From: Halobacteriales archaeon QS_5_68_33
GTDB lineage: Archaea > Halobacteriota > Halobacteria > Halobacteriales > Haloarculaceae
Reading direction: 5' to 3'
DNA length: 64,000 nucleotides
Assembly: GCA_003023785.1 (NCBI GenBank)
Contig: PXRS01000077.1
Coordinates: forward strand, 57,033 to 121,032
Below, in pieces: positions 48,783-60,942 of this stretch. A program made the translations under genes and the position numbers. The notes beneath the pieces were generated by a model. It worked only from the letters and a program-made list of their open reading frames with translations. It was not told the origin of the DNA and searched no databases. Every line of letters starts with the position of its first letter. Positions within the stretch are counted from its first letter, which is position 1.

Positions 48783-50900
48783 TCACCGCTCGACGCCGCC
48801 GGTCGCCTCGACGAGCAACTCGGCGACGTCGACTATCTCCAGGTCGTCCTCGTAGCCGCCGGTCTTGCGGCCGTCCTCGTACATCGTCATGCACATCGGA
48901 CAGGCGACGACGAACTTCTCGACCGCGCTCCCGACGCTCGTGTCCTCCAGCGCCTCTCGCAGGCGCTCCTCGCTGGGTTTGGGCTCCTCGTCGAACTCCA
49001 TCCAGAGGCCGCCCCCGCCGCCGCCACAGCAAAAGGAGTCCTTCCGGTTGCGGGGCATCTCCGCGAGGTCACAGCCCGTCGCGCGGATCAGCTCGCGGGG
49101 CGCCTCGTACTCGTCGTTGTACCGCCCGAGGTGACAGGGGTCGTGGTAGGTCACGGTGTAATCGAGTTCGTCGCCGGTCAGGCCGAGGCGACCGTCCGCG
49201 ACGAGTTCCTCGACGACCTGCGTCCAGTGAAAGACCGGCGCGCCGTCCCACGATTCGACGTCGAAGCCCATCATCGGGTCGTCGGCGTACTCGGCGAAGT
49301 CGACCTCCGGGTACTCGTTTTTGAAGGTGTTGAACGAGTGGGGGTCGGTACAGACGATCTTCTCGAACTCGCACTCGGCGAACGACTCGACGTGGTGGCC
49401 GGCCTGCTCGATGAAGAGGAACTCCTCGCCGACCCGGCGGATGTCGTTGCCGTCGTACTGCTCGTCCTCGTAGAGGATGCCGTACTCGACGCCGGCGCGC
49501 TCGAACAGCGTCGCCAGCGAGCGGGCGACCTGCTTGTTGCGGTCGTCGTAGCTCGGGTAGTCGCCGACGTACCAGAGGTACTCGACCGACTGCTCGCGGG
49601 CGTCGGCGACGTCGAACTCCAGGTCCCCGCTCCAGTCGGCGCGGTCGCGGGCCGGGTCGCCGAACGTGTTGCCCTGCTGCATGACGTTTTGCATCGCGTC
49701 CTGGACGTTCGGGTCGACGTCGCCCTGGTCGACCAGTTGCCGGTTCAGCTTCGTGAAGCTCGTGAGGTGCTCGATCTCGACCGGACAGGCGTCCATGCAG
49801 GCCATGCAGGCCATGCACGACTCCATTGTCTCGGCGTCGATGACGCTGGTTCCCCCGTCGGCGATGATGGGGACCTCCTCGCCGCCGGCGTCGACCTGCT
49901 CGCGGTAGCCCTTGAGGTCCAAGATCACGTTGCGCGGGTCCAGCGGCCGGCCCGACGCCTTCGCCGGACAGACCGCCGAGCACCGCCCGCACTTCGTGCA
50001 GGCGTCCTGGTCGAGCTGTTCCTTCCAGGAGAAGTCGTCGATGCTCTCGGCGTTGGTCTCGTCGAGGTCCGCGGGCATCCCCGGGAGCCGCCTGCCCGCG
50101 TCCTCGTCGCGGGTGACGACGTTGGCGAACGAGGAGAGCATGTGGAACGGCTTGCCCAGGGGGATGGCCGCGATGAAGGCGAACGCGAGCAAGCTGTGTG
50201 ACCACCAGACGAGCGGATAGGCCGTCCGCGCGGCCTCCGGCCCCAGCCCGGCGCCCTGCAGGACGACGGCGACGGACCAGCCGACGAAGCTCACCGTCTC
50301 GAAGTCGGGATAGCCCTGGCCGAGGATCCGGACGCCCTCAGTGAGATAGCCGCCGACGCCCAGCAGGAACAGCGCCCAGACGAAGAGGTCATCCTCGAGG
50401 CTCGTGTGGCGGTCCCACAGGCGCTCGTTTCGTGCGACGTAGCGCCGGTAGAGGACGACGCCGAGCCCGACGACGAACAGGAGGCCCATCGCGTCCACGA
50501 CGAAGGAATAGGAGAGATAGAAGTCGCCGACGAAGAAGGACTCGCCGGTCAGCGGCCGGTAGATGTCGATGTCGATCCCGAGGATCGTGGTGGCGATGAG
50601 CAGCGTCAGAAAGCCCCACATGACGAGGGCGTGCATGACCCCGCCGACGGTATCGCGGTCGAACAGCGTTTCGTTGGATATCACCGTCTTCGCCGCCGAG
50701 AGGGTTCGCCGGGGGAGCTCATCGAGCCTGTCGAACGGGTCGGCGTCCCCCCGGGTGTACCGGGTCACGCGCTGATAGCTCCCGAGGAGGAACACCGCGA
50801 CCGTGACCGCCGCCAGATAGTAGAAGGCCGCCTTCCCGACCGGACCGACCAGCCAGAACGTCGGCCGGGTTACCTCCCCGCCGGCCTGGAGCAGTGCCAT
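48783..50900 (-). CDS. FadF-like membrane Fe-S oxidoreductase (NarI-like TM domain, 2x[4Fe-4S], CCG domain)
   Basis: CTKCGRCSAVCP, CMACMACMDACP, YHDPCHLGR, FCCGGGGG, ACPMC. Confidence 0.88.
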   Translation of the reverse strand: MALLQAGGEVTRPTFWLVGPVGKAAFYYLAAVTVAVFLLGSYQRVTRYTRGDADPFDRLDELPRRTLSAAKTVISNETLFDRDTVGGVMHALVMWGFLTLLIATTILGIDIDIYRPLTGESFFVGDFYLSYSFVVDAMGLLFVVGLGVVLYRRYVARNERLWDRHTSLEDDLFVWALFLLGVGGYLTEGVRILGQGYPDFETVSFVGWSVAVVLQGAGLGPEAARTAYPLVWWSHSLLAFAFIAAIPLGKPFHMLSSFANVVTRDEDAGRRLPGMPADLDETNAESIDDFSWKEQLDQDACTKCGRCSAVCPAKASGRPLDPRNVILDLKGYREQVDAGGEEVPIIADGGTSVIDAETMESCMACMACMDACPVEIEHLTSFTKLNRQLVDQGDVDPNVQDAMQNVMQQGNTFGDPARDRADWSGDLEFDVADAREQSVEYLWYVGDYPSYDDRNKQVARSLATLFERAGVEYGILYEDEQYDGNDIRRVGEEFLFIEQAGHHVESFAECEFEKIVCTDPHSFNTFKNEYPEVDFAEYADDPMMGFDVESWDGAPVFHWTQVVEELVADGRLGLTGDELDYTVTYHDPCHLGRYNDEYEAPRELIRATGCDLAEMPRNRKDSFCCGGGGGGLWMEFDEEPKPSEERLREALEDTSVGSAVEKFVVACPMCMTMYEDGRKTGGYEDDLEIVDVAELLVEATGGVER

Positions 50901-51000
50901 ATCGGGACGTGGCACGACCGTCGCTTAAAACTTCCTTCGGTTCCACAGTTTACCAGTACGCCGAGGGGTTGGGGCGGCCGGAATCGCCGCCCCCGCGTCG

Positions 51001-51030
51001 TGCGGTCGGTTGCAATCCTGCCGGCTGTAA
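51001..51030. repeat. stacked TIR remnants (A-like then C-like)
   Basis: TGCGGTCGGTTGC then TCCTGCCGGCTGTAA directly before a variant-B element. Confidence 0.55.
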
Positions 51031-51138
51031 TACTGCCGGACACAAGTACGTGAACGCGCTCATCGACGTTCGGGGACATGTATCTCGAAGACCCCGAAAC
51101 AGCCACCGGGACGGTGGCATCACTTGTGTCCGACAGTA
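51031..51138. mobile_element. MITE-like element, variant B (108 bp)
   Basis: 17-bp TIR TACTG(C/T)CGGACACAAGT; near-identical inverted copy at 63881-63988; right TCA is the permease stop. Confidence 0.88.
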
Positions 51139-52380
51139 TCACTCCTCGCCGGACTCGTAGTGCTCCCCTGCCGCGGAGGGGATCCGGGTGCGGCCGACCA
51201 GCGCGAGGACGACGATGACCATCACGAAGGGGGTGACCCGGATGAGCTGGTTGGGGACGCCGACGTCGCGCAACTGGAGGACGATCTGCAGCGCGTCGAG
51301 GCCCGCGAACAAAAGCGTCGAGAGGAACGCGCCGACGGGGTTGTAGTTGCCGAAGAGGTAGGCGACGATGGCGATGAACCCCTTGCCGTTGACCATCGTG
51401 GGGCCGTTGCCGGTGAACTGGCCGAGCGTCAGCGAGAGGGCCGACCCGCCCATCCCCGAGAGAACGCCCGACAGCAAGACTGCGGCGTACCGGACGCGGC
51501 TGACGTCGACGCCGGCGGTGTCCAGCGCCCGGGGATTCTCGCCGCTGGCCCGGACCCATCGGCCGAACTGCGTCCGGTAGAGGCCGTACCACGACAGCGC
51601 CACCATCAGGAAGGTCAGGTACACGACGACGTTCGCCTCGACCAGCGCCCCGACGAGGACGACGACGACCACGTAGTGGACAGCGCCCGCGACGGTCACG
51701 ACCGCCTCGACCAGCAATCCCGCGAGCGGGACGCCGCCGGTCGCGTTCCGGAGGCCCGTGGCGACGGTGACGACGGCGGCGCCGAACCCCGTTGCGGCCG
51801 AGACGAGCACCCTCAGCACGTCGCCGACGACCGGCAGGCCGAGGACGACGTCGGCGGCACTGGGGGGCGTCCGGACGCTCGTGGTGTTGGGTGCGCCGTA
51901 GATGACCTGCGAGGCGAAGGGGGCGAGGCCGAGCGCGATCAGCCAGACGGCGAGACCGGCGATGATCTGGTCGGCGCGGAACTCGATGCAGACGACGGCG
52001 AACAGCGCCGCGAGGAGGGTGCTCGCGACCACCCCCGCGCCGAAGCCGACCCAGAGGTTGCCGGTCAGGTCCGTCGCGTAGATGGCCCCGAACGCCGAGA
52101 TGATCAACAGCCCCTCCAGGCCGATGTTGATGACGCCGCTCTTCTCGGCGAAGATACCCCCGAGCGCCGCCAGCACGATGGGCACCGACAGCCGCAGCGC
52201 GGAACTGAGCGTGCCCGCGGAGAAAATGACGTCGACCAGCGTGCCCGCGATGGTCCCCGGGAAGAGGAGGCCGAGGGCCGTGAACGCCGCGAACGCGACG
52301 CCGCTGGCGACCGCGGCCTGGCCGCGCCTGCCGAGGTCCAGGTCGGCCCCGCGCCGGCGCACCCGTTCGAGCGTGCTCAT
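51139..52380 (-). CDS. nucleoside/sugar ABC permease
   Basis: AEKSGVINIGLEG, ADQIIAG, GENP.ALDTAG, GKGFIA. Confidence 0.9.
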   Translation of the reverse strand: MSTLERVRRRGADLDLGRRGQAAVASGVAFAAFTALGLLFPGTIAGTLVDVIFSAGTLSSALRLSVPIVLAALGGIFAEKSGVINIGLEGLLIISAFGAIYATDLTGNLWVGFGAGVVASTLLAALFAVVCIEFRADQIIAGLAVWLIALGLAPFASQVIYGAPNTTSVRTPPSAADVVLGLPVVGDVLRVLVSAATGFGAAVVTVATGLRNATGGVPLAGLLVEAVVTVAGAVHYVVVVVLVGALVEANVVVYLTFLMVALSWYGLYRTQFGRWVRASGENPRALDTAGVDVSRVRYAAVLLSGVLSGMGGSALSLTLGQFTGNGPTMVNGKGFIAIVAYLFGNYNPVGAFLSTLLFAGLDALQIVLQLRDVGVPNQLIRVTPFVMVIVVLALVGRTRIPSAAGEHYESGEE

Positions 52381-53761
52381 TCGCGCCCACCTCCTGGATC
52401 CCGCCCCGGACCGTCGACGGCGTCGCCCCCGCCTCCGCGGACCTGCTCGCCGTCGGCGGAGCGGGCATCGTCGCCACGGAAGCGCCCGCCGTCGGTCGCG
52501 GCCGTGCCCGGCTCGGTCGGTCGACCGCGCTCGGGCGGGACGACGCGGCGGCCGAGCATGCGGAAGAACTCCGGCATGGCGACGAAGAGGATTATCAGGC
52601 CCCGGAGGACGCCCACCAGTTGCGGGGGGACGTCGGTGGCGAACTGGACGACGGTCGTGCCGCTCTTGAGGACGCCGAAGAGGAGCGCGGCGAAGGGCAC
52701 GCCCAGCGGGTTGTTGCCCGCGAGGATGGCGACGGTGATCCCGTCGAACCCGTAGGCGGGCACGCCCGTCTCGAAGTTCCCCAGGATCATCAGGACGTAG
52801 ACGGCGCCGGCCAGCCCGCCCAGCGCCCCGGAGAGGGTCATGCTCGCGACGATCGTCCGCCTGGCGTCGACGCCGCCGTACTCCGCCGCCTGGGGCTGGA
52901 CGCCGCTGGTCCGGATGTCGTAGCCGAACGAGGTCCGCGAGAGGAGGTAGGCGAGCGCGAGGACGGCCGCGAGCGCGAAGACGAGCGCCAGGACCGAGAA
53001 GCCGAACCGCCCGCCGAACAGGACCGGCGGGAAGAGCGCGTCGTCGGGCAGGGGGACGGTCTGGTTGGCCTGGCTGGCGGGGTCTTTGAACACCTCGCTG
53101 ACCAGAAAGAGGACCACGCCCGTCGCGATGAAGTTCAGCATGATGGTCGTGATCACCTCGTTCGCGTCGGCGTAGGCCTTCAGCGCGCCCGGGATCGCGC
53201 CGTAGAACCCGCCGAACGCCGCGCCGACCAGCAGGCCGAACGGGACCAGGAGGACGGCCCCGACGACCCCGGAGACCAGCGGCGCGACCCACAGGACGAC
53301 CAGTGCCGTCGCCAGCGCGCCGACGACCATCTGACCCTGGGTGCCGATGTTGAAGATGCCCGCCCGGAAGGCCAGCGCCACCGAGAGGCCGGTGAACACC
53401 AGCACCGTCGTCTCGCGGAGCGTGACGGCGATCTGTCCGTCCAGCGGGTCCCAGCCCGGCGAGAGCGGGTCCGCGAGCGCACCCAGGAACAGGCGGTCGA
53501 AGACGGTCACCGGGTCGTGGCAGAACCCCATCCGGAACAGTTCGGGGATACCCACCCGGAACAGGCCCGGGACCCCGACGGACGTCGGGTGGGTGAGCAC
53601 GAACGCCGCGGCGTCACAGGTGGTCATTCGCCCCGCGACGAGGATGATGACCGTCCCGATGGCCACCGCAAGGACGAGCGATGCGAGGCTGATGAGCGCC
53701 CGCTCGACCGCCGAGGCGGCGACGAGTCGTTCGAGCGCTCGCCGCCCGCGCTCGCGGACGC

Positions 53762-53765
<4 letters not shown>
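52377..53765 (-). CDS. nucleoside/sugar ABC permease
   Basis: FRAGIFNIG.QGQ, NEVITTIMLN, GFDGITVA. Confidence 0.9.
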
Positions 53766-55390
<1,625 letters not shown>

Positions 55391-55409
55391 CGTGGATCGG
55401 ACCGGGTGG

Positions 55410-56603
55410 TCAGGCGTTGTCCGGGTCCGTCGGGACGGAGACGTCGCCGTCGACGATGGCCTGCCGCGAGTCCGAGACCGCGCTTTTGACGTTTTCGGGG
55501 ATCTCCGAGCCGAACTGCTCGCCGTAGACGATGCCGACGCCCTCCTCGTCGAGGCCGAGCGAGACGACGGACCCCCCCTGGAACTCGTCGTCGACGACGG
55601 ACTCGATGGCGTCGTAGACGGCAGTGTCGACGCCCTTGACCATGCTCGCGAGGATGACGTCCTGGAAGTCCGGGAGCGTCAGCGACTGGTCGCGGTCGAC
55701 GCCGATGGCGAACCGCTCGCGGTCCTGAGCGGCCTGGAAAACGCCAGTGCCGGTGTTGCCGGCGGCATGATACACGATGTCCGCGCCGCTGTCGTACATC
55801 GCGAGTGCCGCCTCGCGGCCGCCGGTCGGGTCGTTGAAATCGCCCACGTAGTTGGTGATGACGTCGATGTCCTCGCTGGCCGCCTTCGCGCCGGCGGTGT
55901 ACCCGGCCTCGAACTTCCGGATGAGGTCGGACTCGACGCCGCCGACGAACCCGACGTTCGTCGAGTCGCCGTCGGTCGACCCCGCGCCCGCCTCGAAGTC
56001 CTGCGTCGTGAGCAGGCCGGCCATCTGGCCGACGAGGTACGACCCCTCGTGTTCCTTGAAGGTGTAACTCGCGACGTTCGGGGCGTCGACGACGCTGTCG
56101 ACCAGCATGAAGCCCTGGTCGGGGTAGTTCTCCGACGTCGTGGCCAGCGCGTCGGTCTGGAGGAAGCCGATACAGCAGACCAGGTCGTAGCCGGGGTCCG
56201 ACGACTCCGCGTACTGGCGCTGATACGTGCTGAACTCGTCGGTCCCCTCGGGCTGGGACTCCCGGTACTCGATCTCGAAGTCCTCCTCGGCGTCGAACAG
56301 CCCCTGCTGAGCCTGGTCGTTGAACGACCCGTCGCCCAGGCCGCCCGTCGCGTACACCATCCCGATCTGTGTCGGGTCCATCGGCGTGGCCGTCTCCATC
56401 GCCGTCTCCGTCGGCGTTCCGTCCATCCCGTCGCCACCGTCCTCGCCGTCGCCACTGTCGCCGTCACTCCCGTCGCCGCCACCGTCACCCGCGGCCTCGG
56501 TCGGGGTCGGCGTCGACTCGTCCGGTCCGCCGGTACACCCGGCCAACCCACCGAGCCCGGCCGCACCGAGCACCTTGAGTAGTTGCCGTCTCTCGGAATC
56601 CAT
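55410..56603 (-). CDS. BMP family nucleoside-binding lipoprotein
   Basis: RRQLL...LAGC lipobox; GGLGDGSFN, FKEHEGSYL.G, IGVD.DQ. Confidence 0.9.
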   Translation of the reverse strand: MDSERRQLLKVLGAAGLGGLAGCTGGPDESTPTPTEAAGDGGGDGSDGDSGDGEDGGDGMDGTPTETAMETATPMDPTQIGMVYATGGLGDGSFNDQAQQGLFDAEEDFEIEYRESQPEGTDEFSTYQRQYAESSDPGYDLVCCIGFLQTDALATTSENYPDQGFMLVDSVVDAPNVASYTFKEHEGSYLVGQMAGLLTTQDFEAGAGSTDGDSTNVGFVGGVESDLIRKFEAGYTAGAKAASEDIDVITNYVGDFNDPTGGREAALAMYDSGADIVYHAAGNTGTGVFQAAQDRERFAIGVDRDQSLTLPDFQDVILASMVKGVDTAVYDAIESVVDDEFQGGSVVSLGLDEEGVGIVYGEQFGSEIPENVKSAVSDSRQAIVDGDVSVPTDPDNA

Positions 56604-57052
56604 GTTCGGGCACACAGACACGTGAGCGGGTCATAAAGCCGTCGCCGTCACCGCCACGTTCGAAGAGATCCGGTCACGGAGCTCTCCTATCGAAGGGAGG
56701 ATCCTCGCCGGTCTATACGGACCGGCCTCTCCCGTTGAAAACGGCTTTGTTGCGGTTCTCCAGCATGTATATCGGTCTTATATTTTGGACCGTGGTTCGC
56801 TCAACGGGACCCGTCCCGATACTCCGGCGGCAGTCCGGTCGATCCGGTCGTGGTTGCCACACTTCGGGTTTCCGGACAGCAGTTGGAAATCGAGCACCGA
56901 TATTATCAGTATCTTTATCTGATCGGTCAAACAACAGATATCGTAAGTATCGTCCGAACGCCGAGTCCGGGACGGGCGAAACGGCCTCGAACCGGACGTG
57001 GACCCGACAGGGAACGTCGATGTCACCGGGTTGCGCGAGGGGTCGCCCATCG

Positions 57053-57126
57053 TACGGTCGGTTGTAACTGTTTGCCGGTGATTCGCCGGGCGGGCGGATC
57101 CCGGAGATGACTGACAACCGACCGTA
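57053..57126. mobile_element. MITE-like element, variant A (74 bp, diverged interior)
   Basis: Perfect 13-bp TIRs; flanks TCG...TCA. Confidence 0.8.
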
Positions 57127-57219
57127 TCAAACCCGGCGAGACGCTCGGCGTCCGTCCTCCCGCATCGCGGTCAGACGCGGAAGGGGAGCTTTATGAGGTG
57201 ATCGGCCCATCGCTTCGGT

Positions 57220-57996
57220 ATGCGATTCGTCCGCTACGACGACGACCAGCTCGGGCTGCTGACAGACGACGGCGACCCCGACCACGCGGTCGCGGACGTC
57301 GCCCTCCGGGCGCCGGTCGGCCGCCCCGGCAAGGTGGTCGCCGCGCCCCTGAACTACGAGAACCACATCGAGGAGGCGCTGGCCGACCGCGACATCACCA
57401 CCGACGAGTGGTTCTCGATCACGGACAAGGGCTACTTCCTGAAAGCGCCCTCCAGCGTCGTCGGCCCCGACCACGGGGTCGAACTCCCCTTCGCCGACCG
57501 GCGGACCGACCACGAGGTCGAACTCGCGTTCGTCATGGGCGCGGAGGCCAGGGACGTCCCTGCTGCGGAGGCCTGGGACCACATCTTCGGCTACACCGTT
57601 CTGCTGGACATCTCGCTGCGGGGCGACCAGGACCGCTCGAACCGCAAGTCCTACGACACCTTCACCGTAATCGGCCCGTGCGTGGCGACCCCCGACGAGG
57701 TGGGCGACCCCCAGGACCTGGAGATGCACCTCGACCTGAACGGCGAGCGCCGCCAGGCCGAGAACACCCGCGACATGGTCTACACCTGCGCCGACGTCGT
57801 CCAGTACGCCTCGCTGGGGACGACCCTGGAGGTGGGCGACGTGGTCACGACCGGGACGCCGGAGGGCGTCAGCGAACTCTCGGACGGCGACCGGATCGAG
57901 GCCGGCATCGAGGGCATCGGGTCGATGACCGTCGACGTGACCGAACGCGACGTCAGCTACGCCGAAGCCGACGTCTCGAAGGGCGGCCAGGAGTAG
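57220..57996 (+). CDS. fumarylacetoacetate hydrolase family protein (possible fumaryl/maleylpyruvate hydrolase)
   Basis: LNY..H, FLKAPSS, DHEVELA, KSYDTF, GDVVTTGTPEGV. Confidence 0.9.
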   Translation: MRFVRYDDDQLGLLTDDGDPDHAVADVALRAPVGRPGKVVAAPLNYENHIEEALADRDITTDEWFSITDKGYFLKAPSSVVGPDHGVELPFADRRTDHEVELAFVMGAEARDVPAAEAWDHIFGYTVLLDISLRGDQDRSNRKSYDTFTVIGPCVATPDEVGDPQDLEMHLDLNGERRQAENTRDMVYTCADVVQYASLGTTLEVGDVVTTGTPEGVSELSDGDRIEAGIEGIGSMTVDVTERDVSYAEADVSKGGQE

Positions 57997-58137
57997 GGGC
58001 GGCCGCGTCGCCGCAGGTCGGCGGGACCCGTCTGGGCGTGGTTCGGCGGACAACGCCAGGGGCCTGGGTCGGTACCTCGGTGCGCGGGACCGTCGGGAGT
58101 AGGCTTATGTCCGGCGGTGCCGAAGGCGTGGCAACCG

Positions 58138-58842
58138 ATGGCGCTCCTGGAAGTCGACTCGATAGACGCCGCCTACGGCAACGTACAGGTGCTCTGGGAC
58201 GTGAGCCTCTCCGTCGAGCGCGGCGAAACCGTCGCGTTGCTCGGGGCCAACGGCGCCGGGAAGACGACGACGCTGAAGACGATCTGTGGTGGTCTGACGC
58301 CCACGTCCGGGGACGTCCGGTTCGACGGGGAGTCGGTCGGCGACCTCCCCCACGAGGAGGTCGTCGCGAAGGGGGTCGCACACGTCCCCGAGGGTCGCGA
58401 GATGTTCACCGATAGCAGCGTCCGCGAGAACCTCGAACTCGGCGCCTACGTCGACCGGAGCGGGGTCGAGGAGCGTCTCGCGGAGGTCTACGGGGTCTTC
58501 CCGCGACTGGAGGAGCGGGCCGACCAGCGGGCGGGCACCCTCTCGGGGGGCGAACAGCAGATGCTCGCCATCGGCCGGGGGCTGATGAGCGACCCCGACC
58601 TCCTCCTGCTGGACGAAGCCAGCCTCGGCCTCGCGCCGGTGCTCGTCGAGGACGTCTTCGCGGCCATCGAGCGCATCAACGAGGAGGGGACGACGGTGTT
58701 GCTGGTCGAACAGGACATCTACAACGCCCTGGGCGTCGCCGACCGCGGCTACGTCGTCAAGACCGGGCGGATCACCCTCTCGGGGACCGCCGCGGAACTC
58801 GCAGAGGACGACCGCGTCGCGGAATCGTACCTCGGTGCCTGA
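58138..58842 (+). CDS. LivF-type ABC ATPase
   Basis: GANGAGKTT, HVPEGR, LSGGEQQMLA.GR, LLVEQ. Confidence 0.92.
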   Translation: MALLEVDSIDAAYGNVQVLWDVSLSVERGETVALLGANGAGKTTTLKTICGGLTPTSGDVRFDGESVGDLPHEEVVAKGVAHVPEGREMFTDSSVRENLELGAYVDRSGVEERLAEVYGVFPRLEERADQRAGTLSGGEQQMLAIGRGLMSDPDLLLLDEASLGLAPVLVEDVFAAIERINEEGTTVLLVEQDIYNALGVADRGYVVKTGRITLSGTAAELAEDDRVAESYLGA

Positions 58843-58899
58843 CCGGGGTCGGCGTATCCGGGCCCGACCGGAGTCGGCCCGAAAGGGCGGAACCGCCGG

Positions 58900-60069
58900 T
58901 CACTCCTCGCGGGGCGGGACGCTGGCGTCGCCGTCGGCGGTCGCCTCCGGGCCGGCCGTCGGGTCGGAACCGGGGCCGCCCTCCGTGGGCGTGCCGGGCT
59001 CGCCCGGCCCACCCCGCGTGAGGTCGGTGACGAGGTAGTCGTTCGCGAGTCCGTACAGCCCCTGCGGGACAAAGATGATGAAGAGGATGATGAGGACCCC
59101 CTCGACGGTGGTCGAGAGGCTGTCGACGAGCGCGGAGGTCCCGCCCTCCAGCGCGAAGAGGTCGGCGACGGTCCGGAGCGCGACGGGGAGGCCCTTGTCG
59201 AGCAGGACGAACAGCGCCGCACCCAGCAGGGGGCCGACGAAGGTGCCCATGCCCCCGAGGATGACGACGACCAGCGTGTCGATCGTCCAGGTGACCGCGA
59301 GCGTCGACTCGGGGTTGATATACAGCGTGTAGTGCCCGTACAGTGCACCGGCGAGGCCGGCGAAAAACGACGAGACGACGAAGGCGTAGACCTTGTACTT
59401 CAGGGGGTTGACGCCGAGGCTGCTGGCGGCGTCCTCGTCGTCGTGGACCGCCTGCATGGCCAGCCCGCCCGGCCCGCGGACGATGGAGTAGGTAACCCCG
59501 ACGGTGGCGACCGTCGCGGCGAGCGTCAGGTAGAACACCACGTCGCCGTGCGAGACCGGGACGCCGGGGAGGCCGAGGTCGCTGTCGATGTAGTAGCCGG
59601 TCGACCCGCCGGTCAGCGAGCGCTGGTCGAGCATCACGAGTTCGATGACGGCCGCGAGCGCCAGCGTCCCGATGGCGAAGTAGTGGCCCCGCAACCGGAA
59701 GATGATGCCCCCCAGGACCAGCGCGACGAGCGCCGACGCCAGCCCGCCGACGAGGACGGCCACCAGCACCGGCAACTGGAGCGACTCCGGGAACCCCGCC
59801 CCGGAGGGCGTCGTCAGCCACGCGGCGACGAACGCGCCCATGCCGAAGAAGGCGGCGTGACCCAGCGAGATCTGGCCGGCGTAGCCCGCCAGCAGGTTCC
59901 AGGAGACGCCGAGCATGACGAACACCAGGCCGGTCAGAACAAGGCCGGTCAGCGCCTCGGTCGTCGCGAGCGGGACCGCCGCCAGCGCCAGGACGGCGAC
60001 GACGGCGGCCGCCTGGAGGCGCCGGTCGGCCAGCAGCGACCCCTCCGGGTGGCGCTCCAGGAGGCTCAT
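58900..60069 (-). CDS. LivM-type ABC permease
   Basis: WNLLAGYAGQISLGHAAFFG, RLRG.YFA. Confidence 0.9.
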   Translation of the reverse strand: MSLLERHPEGSLLADRRLQAAAVVAVLALAAVPLATTEALTGLVLTGLVFVMLGVSWNLLAGYAGQISLGHAAFFGMGAFVAAWLTTPSGAGFPESLQLPVLVAVLVGGLASALVALVLGGIIFRLRGHYFAIGTLALAAVIELVMLDQRSLTGGSTGYYIDSDLGLPGVPVSHGDVVFYLTLAATVATVGVTYSIVRGPGGLAMQAVHDDEDAASSLGVNPLKYKVYAFVVSSFFAGLAGALYGHYTLYINPESTLAVTWTIDTLVVVILGGMGTFVGPLLGAALFVLLDKGLPVALRTVADLFALEGGTSALVDSLSTTVEGVLIILFIIFVPQGLYGLANDYLVTDLTRGGPGEPGTPTEGGPGSDPTAGPEATADGDASVPPREE

Positions 60070-60932
60070 TCCTCGCCTCCCGTCCCGAGCAGCCCCTGGG
60101 GTCTGACGAGCAACACGACGAGGAAGATGAGCAGGCTGACCACGTTCCGGTAACCCAGGTAGAGGTCGCCGAGGTTCTCCGCGACGCCGATGACGAGGCC
60201 GCCGACCAGGGTCCCCGGGACGGACCCGACGCCGCCGAGGACGACCACGGCGAAGGTCTTGAGGAGGTAGGACCACCCGACGAACGGGGTGATGGGGAAC
60301 AGCATCGCCAGGAGCGCGCCGGCCGCCCCGGCCAGGGCGGTCCCGACCCCGAGCGTGAGCGCGTAGATGCGGTCGGTGTCGATCCCCATGTGGCGGGCCG
60401 CGTCGGGGTTTTGCGCTGTGGCACGGATCGCCTGCCCGGTCCTCGTGTACTGCAGGAACGCCCACGTGAGCGCGACGAGGACGACCGCGACGACGAAGGT
60501 CACGGTCCGCTCGAAGGAGAGGAACCCCAGGTCGAACCAGCCCCGGGGAATGCCGATGTCGGCGGTCCGGGCGTCCCCGCTCAGGAGGATCCGTGCGACG
60601 TTCTGGAGGACCAGCGCGAGGCCGAACAGCACGATGATGGGCTGTTCGATCCCCTCGCCGACGACCCGTTCGAGGAGCACCCTCTGGAGGGCAACCCCGA
60701 AGACGAAGAGGACGCCCATCGCGAGGAACATCCCGACCAGCGGCGTGATGCCGGTGGCCGCAAGGAGGACGATCGCCAGGTAGGCCCCGACCATCAGCAT
60801 GTGCCCGTGTGCGAGGTTGACGACGTCCATGATGCCGAACACGAGCGACAGTCCCAGCGCCGCGAGGGCGTAAATACCCCCGAGCAGGAGACCGTTGACG
60901 ACCGCCTCGACCGCGACGCCCGTGGCTACCAT
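60066..60932 (-). CDS. LivH-type ABC permease
   Basis: NGLLLGGIYALAALGLSL.FG...VNLAHG, VVLGG.GS. Confidence 0.9.
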   Translation of the reverse strand: MVATGVAVEAVVNGLLLGGIYALAALGLSLVFGIMDVVNLAHGHMLMVGAYLAIVLLAATGITPLVGMFLAMGVLFVFGVALQRVLLERVVGEGIEQPIIVLFGLALVLQNVARILLSGDARTADIGIPRGWFDLGFLSFERTVTFVVAVVLVALTWAFLQYTRTGQAIRATAQNPDAARHMGIDTDRIYALTLGVGTALAGAAGALLAMLFPITPFVGWSYLLKTFAVVVLGGVGSVPGTLVGGLVIGVAENLGDLYLGYRNVVSLLIFLVVLLVRPQGLLGTGGEE

Positions 60933-60942
60933 GGCCGCGCGG

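Noticed and set aside
56860..56900. Replication origin (ORB-like CAGTTGGAAA)
   Set aside because: Single weak match, no G-string, and no adjacent orc1/cdc6 gene
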